A stretch of DNA of 64,000 bases, taken from positions 1,116,001-1,180,000 of the forward strand of contig OZ361257.1 of the NCBI GenBank assembly GCA_977018835.1. The letters run 5' to 3'. The position numbers and the translations under genes were made by a program. Source of the stretch: Minutocellus sp. GHC0000111 (taxonomy: Eukaryota). The notes below the pieces were generated by a model that was given only the letters and a program-made list of their open reading frames with translations, made no database searches and was not told where the DNA came from. Below, piece by piece: positions 62,263-64,000 of the stretch (positions are counted from its first letter, which is position 1; the number at the start of each line of letters is the position of its first letter).

Positions 62263-63947
62263 ATGGCAGCACCGCCACCCAATACCGCCTTCCCTCCACC
62301 AACCCACGCGAGTACGGCGGCGGCAGCTGGAAGACCATTTGAGATTGACGACGAGCCCAGCTCTCCGACCGCAGCGATGCCCGAAACGCCCCCTCCTCCC
62401 GTTCCGCCTGTCGCCGATGGTGCTGATCCGTCGGCGGCGGAGAACAATGGCGATGCACTTATGGGCGGCGTTTCTATCGGTGGAGATGGTGAAAGTGGGG
62501 GCAAGGCCGTGATGGGGGCAGGTGCCGTCCAGGTGAGTATGAAATGTCGCATTACTGAAGGGGGGCGGGTGAATTGGAGGACAGGCGTTGAGATGGCATA
62601 TGATGTGCTCCTGATCTTCCGTCACTGATCCTAACACATGGCCTAACACATAGCTCCCTTCAACTACTTCTTATCGCAGTGTGAGGTAATTGATCCTCAG
62701 CACACCGGTGAAGGTCGCTCCAAGTATACCACCTACTGCGTCCTTGTGGCCAACGTAAGTGCCGTTCGTCGTCGCTACAGCGACTTTCAGTGGCTGTACG
62801 ATCGTCTCCACCTAGAAAAACCCGGTGCTATCATCCCAGTCATTCCCCACAAGCGCGTTCGACTTCTCAAGACGGAGACAAAGTTCACGACGGAGTTTGT
62901 TGCGGAGCGTCGTGCCATTCTAGAAGAGTGGATCAATCGCATCCTGGCACATCCTGAGCTTACTGATGCGCCTTCTCTAGCTGCCTTTATGAAGCAAGAC
63001 GATGAACTCTTTGCGTGTGCCAAGAAGGCCAATGACTTCCCCGATTCCAGCCTCAGTTTGGCAGAGAACGGCAGCGAGGAAGCCGGTGGAGATGGAGCCG
63101 ACGAGGCCGATGATGCTGATGCTTCCGCTAACGGTGGCACTCCTGCCGGTAAGCAGCGGTTTATCGCATTCGCCGTATGTTTGCCAAGGCAGCGATTAAG
63201 AGTGGCGTGGAACTGGCGAAAGTTGAAGATGAAGAGCAGTTTGCTGATATTGATAAGTATGTTACAGAGCTGGAGAAGGATCTTGCCATTCTGGTGAAGC
63301 AATCGTCGGCTCTAGCTGCTGCCACCAAGACCTCTGCGGCAGCCACTCATGAGATCGCCAAGGCTTTTTCTGGCCTCAGCGAGAACACATATCCCACTCC
63401 CGACCTGGGTGCTGCCGGACGCCTTGCCGCCATGTTGAACAATGCCGCCAAGGGCATGTTGTCTCTGTCTTCCACTATGGAAGAGAAGGCCACGGCAGAG
63501 ACTGGTCAAATTGAGGCCAGCGTTCAGGACTTTGAGCGAGATGTTCAGGCTCTGCGCAATGCCTTGCAGCGTCGTAAGGAGAAGCATTATGATCTCACAA
63601 AGAAGCTGAACCGCATCACGGCTGTCGGTGCCAAACTCGACAGGATGAAGGAAGTTGCGGTGAACAAAACCGACGAGAATGCCATGATCCCCATCCAAGC
63701 CAAGGAAGGAGAAATGATTGAGGCCAAGGAGGCCGCCGAGACCGCTCGGGCGGAGTTGGAGGCTGTTTCAGCTCGTGTAGTCCGAGAGGTGGAGAGATTC
63801 CGTCTCGTTGTTGATGCGAAGTTACGCCACATTATTTCCGAGATGGGAGGCGTTGCCGTGAGATTTGACGATAAGATCAATGACGCTTGGGGAACCATCC
63901 TTGCCAATACGCAACCAAGTGTTGAGCCCAAGTTTGACGCCGTTTAG
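62263..63947 (+). CDS. PX-BAR sorting nexin (SNX1/2, Vps5-like); intron 62533-62679
   Basis: YTTY, VRRRYSDFQWLYDRL, IIPVIPHK, FVAERR..LE.W; helical BAR region ending REVERF; frameshift near 63150. Confidence 0.88.
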
Positions 63948-64000
63948 AGATATCTGACTCTGAACAAGGCGACTATCTGTGATCTTTCTCTTTCTTAATC

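Overview
Gene-dense eukaryotic nuclear DNA, almost certainly from a diatom (ASAFAP bipartite plastid signal, theta-carbonic anhydrase, CoDi-type copia element, diatom-type SET/aminopropyltransferase fusion, short GT-AG introns). The species cannot be fixed from sequence alone. About 24 host genes are present, including Rab6, atlastin, TRAPPC2L, ERO1, RRP9, G-beta, THOC1, a Deg protease, a sorting nexin and PPR proteins. Three transposons have clean target-site duplications: a 3.9-kb Tc1/mariner-superfamily element in a divergent promoter (1462-5339), a 6.2-kb Ty1/copia LTR element inside a host exon (14279-20503), and a 1.8-kb Tc1/mariner-superfamily element inside a PPR exon (40843-42673). 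The strongest unexplained signal is in the young copia element (LTRs 194/196 identical, host ORF intact on both sides). It carries many substitutions of a single class, TpA->TpG or TpA->CpA (A->G on either strand), which points to a transposon-directed, RIP-like DNA hypermutation process of opposite polarity to fungal RIP. Other notable items: an MTHFR-fold domain fused to a plant-like cryptochrome, putative Tudor/PHD-like modules in two unrelated transposons, a uronate reductase-isomerase fusion, and a predicted long-chain-polyamine multidomain enzyme. Several conserved host genes show single-base frameshifts that are probably assembly errors. All family assignments come from motif recognition by eye; no searches were run.
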